Part shown: positions 9,820-18,941 of the stretch, piece after piece
Numbering within the stretch: the stretch's first letter is position 1
Layout: each line of letters starts with the position of its first letter
Notes under the pieces: generated by a model
Database searches by the model: none
What the model was told of the DNA's origin: nothing
Seen by the model: the letters and a program-made list of their open reading frames with translations, nothing else
Position numbers and translations under genes: made by a program
Source: an uncultured delta proteobacterium
Lineage (GTDB): Bacteria > Desulfobacterota > Desulfobaccia > Desulfobaccales > 0-14-0-80-60-11
Direction of reading: 5' to 3'
Assembly (NCBI GenBank): GCA_963812015.1
Contig: CAWETI010000002.1
Span: 160,001 to 224,000 of the forward strand
DNA: 64,000 nucleotides

Positions 9820-11622
9820 CTAGGGGTTCATGGTGTACTTCTGTTCCCCCTTGGGGACGTACCATTTAATGAAGTCATAGTCGATGCCGGCTGGCGCCGG
9901 TTTGATGCCCCGGAAGCGCCGGGAGATGGCAGGCAGGGCGTCGGGCACGAAGAGGAAGGTGTAGGGCTGGTCCTCGGCCAGGATTTGCTGGAAACGGAAG
10001 TAAGCCTGGCGCCGTTTTTCCCGGTCGAAGGTGTGGCGACCCTCGGCCAACAAGGCGTCCACTTCGGGGTTCTTATAGCCGATGACATTGAGCTCGCCGG
10101 GCTTGGTCTTGGTGGAACTCCAGATGTCGAACTGGTCCGGGTCCAGGCCGGTGTTCCAGCCCAACAGGATCGCCTCGAACCGCCCCTTTTGGATGAATTC
10201 CTTGATGAAGGCGGCCCACTCTACGGTGCGGATCTTCACCACGATACCGATCTGCCGCAGACGGCGCTGGATGATTTCGGCGGTGCGCTGCCGGATGTCG
10301 TTGCCCTGGTTGGTGAGGATGGTGAACTCAAAGGGGCGGCCGTCTTTAGTGAGGATCCCCTCGGCATTAGGCTGCCAGCCGACTGCGGCCAGGAGGGCCT
10401 TGGCCCTGGCCGGATCGTAGGCAAATTTGGGCACGTCGGGATTGTAGTACCAGATGCCGGGCTTATAAGGACCATAGGCTTCCTCGCCCAGGCCCATGAG
10501 CACTCCCTCGATGATCTCCTTTTTGTTGATGGCCAGGGTCATGGCCTGGCGCACCCGCCGGTCGGCGAACCGCGAATCGTTCAGGTTGTATCCCAGATAG
10601 ATGTAAGAGAAGGGCATGTAGCGATACTTTTTAAACAGACGATGGAACTTGGGATACTCCGTCTGCCGGGAATATTGCAGGGGGGCGAGGTTCATGCGGT
10701 CGAGGTTGCCGGCCTTCAACTCCAGAAACATGGTGGCCAGGTCGGGCTTCACCAGATAGAGGTAGCCGTTGAGATAGGGGCGGCCTTCGAAGTAGTTGGG
10801 GTTGTAAGCCAGGGCGATCTTCTCTCCGGCCCGCCACTCCTTGAAGATATAGGGGCCGGTGCCGACCGGGTGCCGCCCCAGGGGGGACTTGGTGATGTCC
10901 TGGCCCGCTAACAGGTGCTGGGGCAGGATGGACAGGCCCCAGGAGCCCAGGGCGGGGGCGAAGGGCTGGGGATAGGTGACCCGGAAGGTATAGTCGTCCG
11001 GGGCCTCAGCCTTTTTCACCTGGAGATAGTCTCCGGAATAGGCGGTGGGGGTTTTGGGGTCCACCATCACCTGGTAGGTGAACAACACGTCTTTGGCCGT
11101 GAAGGGGGCGCCGTCGTGCCATTTGACCCCATGGCGCAGGTGGAAGGTGATGGTGAGCCCGTCCGGGGAGATGTCCCAGCTCTCGGCCAGGTCTCCCACC
11201 AGGTTGAGGTCGCCGTCATATTTGACCAGACCGTTGTAGATCAGGCCGATGATGCTGGCCGAGGACGAATCCATGGCCAGGGGCGGGATTAAGGTGCTGG
11301 CGTCGCCGATGGAGGCGTCAAGAAAGAGGTCGCCGTAAGCCGGGCCGGTGTCCGGGCCGCCGTAGATCGGTTCGTCTTTCTCGGACTTGCAGCCGGCGGA
11401 TAGCAGGGCGAAGACGATCAGGCAGATGATGAGATATCGCCAATCGAGATACGGCGACTGGCTGATTCGGGTTGACCTGATGGTGCGGCATGCGGGAAGC
11501 CTCCCCCTCCCCTCGGTGGGAGGGGGTTGGGGGGAGGGGGATTCTTTCTTCAGACAATTCCATGCCAATTTTGTTTCACCCCCACCCTGACTCTCCCCCA
11601 TCCAGGGGGAGGGAATGGTCAC
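9820..11622 (-). CDS. Peptide/nickel ABC transporter substrate-binding lipoprotein (SBP family 5); start uncertain
   Basis: Lipobox LSAG-C; LAESWDISPDGLTITFHLRHGVKWHDG; PVGTGPY. The ORF-track start at 11700 overlaps the tRNA. In-frame starts are GTG 11622, ATG 11601 and TTG 11568. Confidence 0.88.
   Translation of the reverse strand: MTIPSPWMGESQGGGETKLAWNCLKKESPSPQPPPTEGRGRLPACRTIRSTRISQSPYLDWRYLIICLIVFALLSAGCKSEKDEPIYGGPDTGPAYGDLFLDASIGDASTLIPPLAMDSSSASIIGLIYNGLVKYDGDLNLVGDLAESWDISPDGLTITFHLRHGVKWHDGAPFTAKDVLFTYQVMVDPKTPTAYSGDYLQVKKAEAPDDYTFRVTYPQPFAPALGSWGLSILPQHLLAGQDITKSPLGRHPVGTGPYIFKEWRAGEKIALAYNPNYFEGRPYLNGYLYLVKPDLATMFLELKAGNLDRMNLAPLQYSRQTEYPKFHRLFKKYRYMPFSYIYLGYNLNDSRFADRRVRQAMTLAINKKEIIEGVLMGLGEEAYGPYKPGIWYYNPDVPKFAYDPARAKALLAAVGWQPNAEGILTKDGRPFEFTILTNQGNDIRQRTAEIIQRRLRQIGIVVKIRTVEWAAFIKEFIQKGRFEAILLGWNTGLDPDQFDIWSSTKTKPGELNVIGYKNPEVDALLAEGRHTFDREKRRQAYFRFQQILAEDQPYTFLFVPDALPAISRRFRGIKPAPAGIDYDFIKWYVPKGEQKYTMNP
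11498..11615. repeat. Pair of CCCTCCCC..GGGGAGGG palindromic repeats
   Basis: cctccccctcccctcggtgggagggggttggggggaggggg and cacccccaccctgactctcccccatccagggggaggg; related copy at ~52752-52790. Confidence 0.6.
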
Positions 11623-11635
11623 GTTGTCTTTTCTC

Positions 11636-11664
11636 TTGCCCCGGCTGTCGGTTTTGGATACATT
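11636..11664 (+). promoter_or_regulatory. Putative sigma70 promoter of tRNA-Pro
   Basis: TTGCCC-17 nt-TACATT, 8 nt upstream of the tRNA. Confidence 0.5.
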
Positions 11665-11672
11665 TAACAAGT

Positions 11673-11749
11673 CGGGACGTGGCTCAGCCTGGTAGAGCAC
11701 AGCGTTCGGGACGCTGGGGTCGGAGGTTCAAATCCTCTCGTCCCGACCA
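11673..11749 (+). tRNA. tRNA-Pro (anticodon CGG)
   Basis: 77 nt; acceptor stem CGGGACG/CGTCCCG; D-loop AGCCTGGTA; anticodon arm CAGCG-TTCGGGA-CGCTG; GGTTCAAATCC T-arm; encoded CCA. Confidence 0.97.
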
Positions 11750-11823
11750 TCTTCCCGGGGCGGTAAGCAAAAAATTACCACTCAATCCTCCCTGAAACCA
11801 GCTTTTTCCCCCAGCCGGAGCCT

Positions 11824-12069
11824 TCATCTCAGAATATCCTGTTTCATCCGCTCGAACTCGTCTTGGCTGATCTCCCCTTTGGCATAGCGCTTTTTCAGGA
11901 TATCCAGGGCGGTCTCGTTCTCAGGACCGGGGCCGGGTGGCCAGGTGCGACCGGAGCGATTGCGGCCGAAGATGCGGTAGAGGACGAAGATAATGACCCC
12001 GAGCCAGAAGATGGGCATGATGATGGGGAAGAACCACAGGTGCCATTGCCAGTAATGTTCGGGGTACAT
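11824..12069 (-). CDS. SHOCT-domain small membrane protein
   Basis: One TM helix then ALDILKKRYAKGEISQDEFERMKQDI; SD agagg. Confidence 0.88.
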   Translation of the reverse strand: MYPEHYWQWHLWFFPIIMPIFWLGVIIFVLYRIFGRNRSGRTWPPGPGPENETALDILKKRYAKGEISQDEFERMKQDILR

Positions 12070-12115
12070 GACTGACCTCTTATGGCCACAGGCGAGACGC
12101 CTATGCTACCATTCT

Positions 12116-12177
12116 TAAAGGGTTGGGAGGGGGTGCGGGGGAGGGCAGGGACTCGCGTCCCTGGCCCTTCCCCGCAA
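12116..12177. repeat. Intergenic G-rich repeat family (copy)
   Basis: taaagggttgggaggggg...gagggcaggg...ccctggccc; related copies at 17821-17900 (inverted), 24517-24568, 30125-30204 and 37872-37921 (truncated). Confidence 0.6.
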
Positions 12178-12194
12178 TCACCCTGATCTTCCCC

Positions 12195-14507
12195 TCAACT
12201 CCGCCGGCGCCAGCGGGGGCCCCCGGGGGAATCGGTGATATCGATGCCCCGGGCGGCCAGTTCATTCCGGATCTGATCCGCGGTCTGCCAGTCCCGGCCC
12301 CTCCGGGCCTCTTCCCGGGCCCGCAGCGCCGCCTCGATGGTCTCATCCCCGGCCTCCGCCGCCGGCGCCAGGTTCATGATCCCCAAGACTTCGTCCAGTT
12401 CCTGGAAGCGGGCCAGGATGGCGGCCGCGCCGGCATGCCCCAGCTGGCCGTGGTCGAGGTCGGTGTGAAATTCCCCCACCGCCCCAAAGAGGGCCGACAG
12501 GGCCCGGGAGATGTTGAGGTCGTCGTCCAGGGCGGTGATAAACTCTTTTTTCAGCAGGAAGAGACGTTCTTCCACGGCCGGGGTGACGGGGGCCTCGCCG
12601 GTTGCCAGGGCGAGGCGTTCCAGGAAGTGGTCCAGGCGGGCCCGGGCCACGGCTGCGGCCTTGAGGTTGGTGTCGCTGAGGGCCAGGGGCTTGCGGTAGT
12701 GGGCCGCCAGCAGGAAGTGGCGCACCTCTTCCCCCTGGTAGCCCTGGGACATCAGGTCCCGCACCGTCACGACGCCCGCCTCTTTCAAGGGCCGGCCGTC
12801 CCTCAGGACCCGCTCGCAGTGGAGCCAGACGTTGGCCATGGGTTTGCCCGTGGCCGCGGTGAAGATGGCGTTTTCGTTCTCATCGTGGGGAAAGAGCGAT
12901 TCCACGCTGCCCACGTGGAAATCCACGGAGGTGCCCGGGTGTTTCAGGGCCATGGCGGCGGACTCCAGGTGCCAGCTGGGGCGCACCTGACCCCAGGGGG
13001 TGGTGTAGTAGAGCCCTTTTTTCAGTTCCGCCAGCTTGGCGCGTTTCAACAGGGTGAAATCCCGGGGATTGTCCTTGGCGTACTCGTCCAGGTCCACGGT
13101 TTTGCCCACCCGGATCTTGCTCAGGTCCACCCCGGAGAGACGCCCGTAGTCCTTGAAGCGGGAGATGTCGAAATAAACGGAGCGCAGTTTTTCATAGGCG
13201 TAGCCCCGCTCCAGGAGCTTCCGGGTGAGGTCGACCATGTCGTCGATGTGTTCGGACGCCAGGGGATAGAGGACGCCCCCCTGGAGGCGCAGGTCTTCGG
13301 CGTCCCGGAAGAATTCCTGCCGGAAGTGCCCGGTGAAGGCTGCCAAGTCCTGGCCCGCGGCCGCGGCCCCGGCCAGGGCCCGGTCGTCCAGGTCGATGAG
13401 GCTCACCACCTGGCGGACCTTGAAGCCCCGGAAGTTGAGGTAGCGGTGGAGCAGGTCGGCCACCACCAGGCGGCGGGCCACCCCCAGGGAGAGATGGCCG
13501 TAGAGGGCCGGACCGTCGGCGAAAATCGCAGCCTCACCAACGCGCCGGGGCTCGAAGGCCTCCTTGCTCCGGGCCAGGGTGTTGTAAAAGCGGAGGGTGG
13601 GGGCCTCCTTTTCGGTGAACAGGGTAGTGGAGAGGTAGCGTTCGCCGCCATCAGGGGCGATAACCACGATGAGGCCGCTTTCTAACTCCCGGGCCTTGCG
13701 GATGGCCACGGCCACCGCGGCGCCGGAGCTCATGCCCAGGAACAGGCCTTCCTGGCGGGCCAGGCGCCGTGCGGTCTCGTAACCCTCTTCGTCCTCGATG
13801 TTGACAATCTCGTCGGCCTTGGTCTTGTCGAAGATCCCCGGCTTATAGGACTCCTTCATATTTTTCAGGCCCTGGAGGGCATGGCCCAGGAACGGCTCCA
13901 CGCCCACGATGCGGATGTCGGCATTGAACCGCTTCATGCCCGCATACAGGCCCATGAGGGTGCCGGTGGTGCCCATGGTGGCCACCACCATGGTGACCTT
14001 GCCTTCGGTCTGGTCCCAGATCTCCCGGCAGGTGGACTCGTGGGACCGGGGGTTGACGGGGTTGTTGAACTGGTCCGCCAGGAAATACTTGTCCGGATGT
14101 TCCCGGGCCATCCGGTAGACCTCTTCGATGGCGCCGTCGGTGCCCAGGTGGGCCGGGGTCAGGAGGAGTTCAGCCCCCATGCCCTTGAGGATGCGTTTCC
14201 GCTCCAGGCTGGCGGACTCGGGCATGGTCAGGAGCAGGCGGTAGCCCTTGACCGCGCAGACCATGGCCAGACCGATGCCGGTATTGCCGCTGGTGGCCTC
14301 GATGATGGTCTTCTCCGGGGTCAGTTCCCCGGAGGCTTCCGCGGCCTCGATCATGGCCAGGGCCGGGCGATCCTTGACGGAGCCCCCAGGATTGAAATAC
14401 TCCAGTTTGAGGTAAATCTTCACCTGGGGATGGGGGTTGAGACGGTTCAGGCGGACAATGGGGGTCTGCCCGACGAGCTCCAGTATGTTATTGGCCTTGC
14501 GTGACAT
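12195..14507 (-). CDS. Fusion of cysteine synthase (CysK/CysM family) and a degenerate cysteinyl-tRNA synthetase-like domain
   Basis: N-terminal ~300 aa: KLEYFNPGGSVKDR, EATSGNTG, DQFNNP, GTTGT, GMSSGAA, PDGGERYLS. C-terminal ~470 aa: LRFYNTL, RDFTLLK, RPSWHLE, FPHDENE, ALDDDLN, ARRGRDWQTADQIR. Alternative start TTG 14519. Confidence 0.92.
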   Translation of the reverse strand: MSRKANNILELVGQTPIVRLNRLNPHPQVKIYLKLEYFNPGGSVKDRPALAMIEAAEASGELTPEKTIIEATSGNTGIGLAMVCAVKGYRLLLTMPESASLERKRILKGMGAELLLTPAHLGTDGAIEEVYRMAREHPDKYFLADQFNNPVNPRSHESTCREIWDQTEGKVTMVVATMGTTGTLMGLYAGMKRFNADIRIVGVEPFLGHALQGLKNMKESYKPGIFDKTKADEIVNIEDEEGYETARRLARQEGLFLGMSSGAAVAVAIRKARELESGLIVVIAPDGGERYLSTTLFTEKEAPTLRFYNTLARSKEAFEPRRVGEAAIFADGPALYGHLSLGVARRLVVADLLHRYLNFRGFKVRQVVSLIDLDDRALAGAAAAGQDLAAFTGHFRQEFFRDAEDLRLQGGVLYPLASEHIDDMVDLTRKLLERGYAYEKLRSVYFDISRFKDYGRLSGVDLSKIRVGKTVDLDEYAKDNPRDFTLLKRAKLAELKKGLYYTTPWGQVRPSWHLESAAMALKHPGTSVDFHVGSVESLFPHDENENAIFTAATGKPMANVWLHCERVLRDGRPLKEAGVVTVRDLMSQGYQGEEVRHFLLAAHYRKPLALSDTNLKAAAVARARLDHFLERLALATGEAPVTPAVEERLFLLKKEFITALDDDLNISRALSALFGAVGEFHTDLDHGQLGHAGAAAILARFQELDEVLGIMNLAPAAEAGDETIEAALRAREEARRGRDWQTADQIRNELAARGIDITDSPGGPRWRRRS

Positions 14508-14548
14508 AGCGGCATCCAAACTCCTGGCTTTGGCGGTGAAGCAAAGGA

Positions 14549-14839
14549 TTAAGCCCCTTCCTCCTTACCCGTGGCGCCGCACTCCTCCTGGTTCTCCATT
14601 TCTTCGGCCAGGTAATTATTGATCAGGTTAATCAGGGTGAGGACGAAAAACCGGCGGGCCTCGGGCTCGTCATGCATCACTTCCATGAGGCGGTAAACCA
14701 GGGACAGGACTACCAGCCCCGCCTGGGAAGGTGACACATCTTCCTGGTTGAAGCGCTCCAGAATCTCATTCACCAGGGGACGGACGCTCTCCTCCAACGC
14801 GGCATCGCTGGTGAAGGCGGCGGTATCGATTTTGGTCAT
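14549..14839 (-). CDS. Hypothetical helical protein (96 aa)
   Basis: ATG with aagga SD; host-like codons; ends just upstream of the cysteine synthase fusion on the same strand. Confidence 0.7.
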   Translation of the reverse strand: MTKIDTAAFTSDAALEESVRPLVNEILERFNQEDVSPSQAGLVVLSLVYRLMEVMHDEPEARRFFVLTLINLINNYLAEEMENQEECGATGKEEGA

Positions 14840-15119
14840 GGCTTGATCCTTGGGGTTTCCTAAAACTCTTTAATTATAAGGAAAAACCTACCATATTCCC
14901 CGGCGGTTTGCAAACTTCGGGGGCAGGGTCCGGCGCGGGAAGCCGGGGCAGAGGGCGCAGGGCGAGGACCACCCACCTGCCAGACCGGCCAGGGGCCAAA
15001 ATGCTGTTTAATTTTCCCGCCAGGACGTTTATCAATCTTTACCCGCGTTCATAAAAAAATAATGCAAGTTAAATAATAAGAGCCTTAATTAATTAGATTA
15101 ATGTGAACAATTCTCTCAA

Positions 15120-15135
15120 TGGTACGGTCTTTGCT
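15120..15135 (+). promoter_or_regulatory. Putative sigma54 (-24/-12) promoter
   Basis: TGGTACGGTCTTTGCT has exact GG-N10-GC spacing and follows an AT-rich tract. Confidence 0.65.
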
Positions 15136-15243
15136 TTTATTAATAACGTGAGTCGCGCCCGGTGGGGCGCCTGGCTGTCTGTCACGAAACCGGAACGACC
15201 ACAATGCTTTTGCGAGCCCCCCAATTGATCATGTTGAGGTTTG

Positions 15244-15510
15244 ATGATGAAAGATAAATCGGACACCCCCCCGAGTTTTCTCAAGATGGAGCAGGCCCGG
15301 AAGTTGATGGATCAAGGTCATCATCATGAGTCCCTGGTCCTGGCTTTGGAGGTGCTGCTACAAGAATTGGACTCCCTGCGGGATTCTCTCCTGGCCCTGC
15401 AGATGGCGACCCGGTCGGAATACCAGACCTTTACCCCAGATATCCCGGAAGAACATCCCCAACCCGACCATTACTGGCTGCCGGCAGTCAAACCTCGAGT
15501 TTTGCATTGA
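15244..15510 (+). CDS. Hypothetical protein (~88 aa, coiled-coil-like)
   Basis: SD gaggt before TTG/ATG/ATG; downstream of the sigma54 site. Confidence 0.65.
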   Translation: MMKDKSDTPPSFLKMEQARKLMDQGHHHESLVLALEVLLQELDSLRDSLLALQMATRSEYQTFTPDIPEEHPQPDHYWLPAVKPRVLH

Positions 15511-15877
15511 GTCAGGGCAGTGATCACGGCTCTTGCGCCTGCCTCGGCCAAGCTCCCGCCCCGGATTATTTTCAAGAAAATAGGACTGTTGCTCTCCCCC
15601 GGGAGGCGCCTCGGGGTTAGTTGATGGTCGGGGCCACCGCGGCGGGGGGAACAGCCCCGGACCGCCGGCATGGCCAGGCCGCCCCACCCGGATCACGGGA
15701 GCCGGTACCACCCGCCTTATCAGGCCAGCATCACCCTGCAAGGGATGGCGGGGCTCTGAACTCCTCTCAGTGCCGCGGGCTCCGGAGATTGCCTCCCGCT
15801 TCCCTTTTTGTTAAACTAAAACGGCCTGCCGTTCCTGTCGGGGCGGAAGGCCTAATTTCTTTTCGGGACCCCTGGCC

Positions 15878-17095
15878 TTGTCTCCTGATCTCGAGAAACT
15901 CCGCATTCAACGCCCGGAGGGAGAGCGCCCAGTGGCGTCCTCCTCCCGAAGCCGGATTATCATCATGGTCCTGGGGGCAGCCCTCTTGGGCTTCGTAGGG
16001 CTCTACCTCTGGGGTCCACTCCAACCGGCGGCGGAAATTACCACCGCGGTGGCGGCCCGCCTCTATCCGGCCCAGGCCTACACGGTTTTAAACGCCAGCG
16101 GCTATGTGGTGGCCCAACGCAAGGCGGCGGTTTCCTCCAAGAGCACCGGCCGGTTATCTTTCCTGGGGGTGGAGGAAGGCAGCCGGGTCAAGAAGGGGCA
16201 GATTCTGGCCTCCCTGGAGAATGAGGACCTGATCGCCTCCCGGAACCAAGCCATCGCCCAGGTGAAGCAGGCCGAGGCCGACCTGGGCACCGCCCAGGCG
16301 GAGCTGGTGGACGCCGCCCTCCAGTATCGCCGTTATAAAACCCTGGTGGCTCAGGACCTCATTCCCAAGCAGGACTTTGACTCCGCCGACGCCCGGGACA
16401 AGAAGGCCAAGGCCGGGGTGGCCGCGGCCCAGGCCCGGATCAAGGTGGCCCGGGCCGGCCTGGCCAATACCCAGGCGGGCCTGGAATACACCTACATCCG
16501 CGGCCCCTTCGACGGGGTGGTGACCACCAAATATGCCGAGGTGGGGGAAGTGGTGGCCCCCTTCGGCGCCGCGGCCAATGCCCGGGCCGCGGTGGTGACC
16601 ATGGCCGACCTGAACTCCCTGATGGTGGAAGTGGATGTGGCGGAGTCCAACCTGGATAAGGTGCGCCTGGGTCAACCCGGTGAAATCTCCCTGGACGCCA
16701 TTCCCGACCGGCGCTTTGCCGGCGAGGTGCACATGATTGTGCCCACCGCCGACCGGACCAAGGCCACTGTGCTCACCAAGGTGAAATTTCTGGAGACGGA
16801 TGACCGCATCCTCCCGGAAATGAGCGCCAAGGTGGCCTTTCTCAGCAAATCCCTGGAGCCTGGGGCCCGCCAGCCCCGCCTGACCATCCCCAAGGGCGCC
16901 CTCCTCACCCGGGACGGCCGCGCCGAGACCTCCCTGGTGGCCGGCAACCGGGTGAAACTGGTCCCCATTACCCCGGGCCTCACCATGAACGACCTGGTGG
17001 AGGTCGCCGGCGGCCTCAAGGAAGGGGACCGGGTGGTCTTGAACCCGCCCGCCTCCTTGAAGGACGGCTCTCGGGTGAAAGTCAAAGAGTCATGA
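15878..17095 (+). CDS. Efflux transporter periplasmic adaptor (MacA-like MFP)
   Basis: N-terminal TM; ASGYVVAQRKAAVSSK, VEEGSRVKKGQILASL, IRGPFDGVV, ILPEMSAKV, GLKEGDRVV. Confidence 0.92.
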   Translation: MSPDLEKLRIQRPEGERPVASSSRSRIIIMVLGAALLGFVGLYLWGPLQPAAEITTAVAARLYPAQAYTVLNASGYVVAQRKAAVSSKSTGRLSFLGVEEGSRVKKGQILASLENEDLIASRNQAIAQVKQAEADLGTAQAELVDAALQYRRYKTLVAQDLIPKQDFDSADARDKKAKAGVAAAQARIKVARAGLANTQAGLEYTYIRGPFDGVVTTKYAEVGEVVAPFGAAANARAAVVTMADLNSLMVEVDVAESNLDKVRLGQPGEISLDAIPDRRFAGEVHMIVPTADRTKATVLTKVKFLETDDRILPEMSAKVAFLSKSLEPGARQPRLTIPKGALLTRDGRAETSLVAGNRVKLVPITPGLTMNDLVEVAGGLKEGDRVVLNPPASLKDGSRVKVKES

Positions 17096-17811
17096 GCGAC
17101 AATTCGGTCCTCGCCCCGGCCCCGGTGGTGGAGATCACCCACCTGAATAAATCCTATCGCCGGGGCGGCCAGGTGCTGCCGGTCCTCCAGGACATCAACC
17201 TCACCATCCAGACCGGGGAATTTTTGGCCCTCATGGGCCCTTCCGGCTCCGGGAAAACCACCCTCCTCAACCTCATTGCCGGATTGGACCGCCCGGACTC
17301 CGGCCGCCTCACGGTGCACGGCATCGACCTGCCGAGCCTCACCGAAGCCCAACTGGCGGATTGGCGGGCCGCCAACGTGGGCTTCGTCTTCCAGTTCTAT
17401 CACCTCATCCCGGTGCTCACGGCCTTTGAAAACGTGGAACTGCCCCTCCTCCTCACCAAGCTGCGCCGCCGGGAGCGCCGGGAGCATGTGGACCTGGTCC
17501 TGGAGTTGGTGGACCTGAGCGATCGCCAGCACCACTACCCGGGCCAGCTCTCCGGCGGCCAGCAGCAGCGGGTGGCCATCGCCCGGGCCCTGGTCACCGA
17601 CCCCACCCTGATCGCCGCGGATGAGCCCACCGGTGACCTGGACAAGAAATCCGCCGGATAAATCATGGACCTGTTGACCCGGCTGAACGAAGCGTATCGG
17701 AAGACCATCATCATCGTCACCCACGACCCGGAGGCGACGCACCACGCCGGCCATATCCGCCGCCTGATCAAGGGGCAGCTCTTGAACAACCAGGAGCGGC
17801 AGGCGGATTGA
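17092..17811 (+). pseudogene. MacB/LolD-type ABC ATPase interrupted by an in-frame TAA at 17659-17661
   Basis: GPSGSGKT, LSGGQQQRV and ADEPTGDLD precede the stop. The same frame continues IMDLLTRLNEAYRKTIIIVTHDP...LIKGQL to TGA 17809-17811. Confidence 0.85.
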
Positions 17812-17991
17812 TTGAACAGAAATTTTCAGGGGGCAGGGGCCGGGGATGCGCGCCCCTGCCCTCACAAAAGACTTCCCCTGAACCCCCTCCCCCAATCGCT
17901 TATGCGAGATGGGTGGAAAGCGTAGGGGCGGTTCTTTTCTCAGATCAGTGGCCTAATGGGCCCAGGAAATCGAGCTAAGCAGGGCGGTGAT

Positions 17992-18804
17992 ATGGACATC
18001 AGCAGTCCCATTCCGAAAAATGCTCAAGGCCGCTTTTATCATATCGATTGCGCCCCCGGGGACCTGGCCCCCTACATCCTGACCTGCGGCGATCCCTTCC
18101 GGGCCAAAAGGATTGCCCGGCTTCTTGACCGGGTGGAGATGCGCCGCAAAAACCGGGAGTTTCTCACCTATACCGGCATCTATCAAAACATCCCGATCTC
18201 GGTCATGGCCACCGGCATCGGCGCCGCGGCCAGCGCCATCGCCATCGTGGAAGCGGCCAACTGCGTCACCCCCGTGACCTTTATCCGCCTGGGCACCTGC
18301 GGGGCGCTTCAAGAGTATATCGAGGTGGGGGACCTGGTCATCACCGAGTCGGCCCGGTGCGGTGAGTGCACCAGCCAGTGCTATATTCCAGACGGCATTG
18401 TCCCCCGGGCCGCCCCCGGGATCGTGGCGGCCCTGACAGAGGCGGCCGAGGCTTTGAAAGTGCGCCATCACCTGGGCCTCACCCTCACCACGGCGGATTT
18501 TTACGCCGGCCAGGGCCGGTCGGCGCCGGGCTTTCCCAACCCGGACCCCGAAATGCTGGAAGCCCTGAGCCAAAGCGGCGTCCTCAACCTGGAGATGGAG
18601 ATGTCCACCTACCTGGCCCTGGCCGCGGTCTCCACCTTGCCGATCAGGGCCGGGGGCGTCTGCCTGGTCCTCAACAACCGGGTGACCGGCCGGGGCCTCA
18701 CTGCCGCCCAGGCCCGGCGCCGGGCGGAGCGCCGCCTCATCGACGTGGGTTTGCGGGCCTTGGAAATTCTGGCGGCCGGAGATCAGCAAGAGCAAAAATT
18801 CTAG
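17992..18804 (+). CDS. udp: Uridine phosphorylase-family nucleoside phosphorylase
   Basis: YHI, GDPFR, REF, GIG, IRLGTCG, FYAGQGR, EME motifs. Alternative start 17956. Confidence 0.85.
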   Translation: MDISSPIPKNAQGRFYHIDCAPGDLAPYILTCGDPFRAKRIARLLDRVEMRRKNREFLTYTGIYQNIPISVMATGIGAAASAIAIVEAANCVTPVTFIRLGTCGALQEYIEVGDLVITESARCGECTSQCYIPDGIVPRAAPGIVAALTEAAEALKVRHHLGLTLTTADFYAGQGRSAPGFPNPDPEMLEALSQSGVLNLEMEMSTYLALAAVSTLPIRAGGVCLVLNNRVTGRGLTAAQARRRAERRLIDVGLRALEILAAGDQQEQKF

Positions 18805-18941
18805 GGGCACAGGCGTCTCGCCGATGATCTCCCAGGCTGAAAGCTACGGCTACCAAGACCTTTGGTTCCCCGGCGGAGTCGGGGGACCGAATGAGATAAA
18901 GCCGCCATCGACTGACCCCTGACCACTGGGAACTGGCAACT

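Noticed and set aside
11623..11700. ORF-track start at 11700 for the ABC binding protein
   Set aside because: Overlaps tRNA-Pro and its promoter on the opposite strand.
17659..17661. Programmed Sec/Pyl recoding of the ATPase stop
   Set aside because: The codon is TAA, not TGA or TAG, and the position is not a catalytic Cys or Lys.
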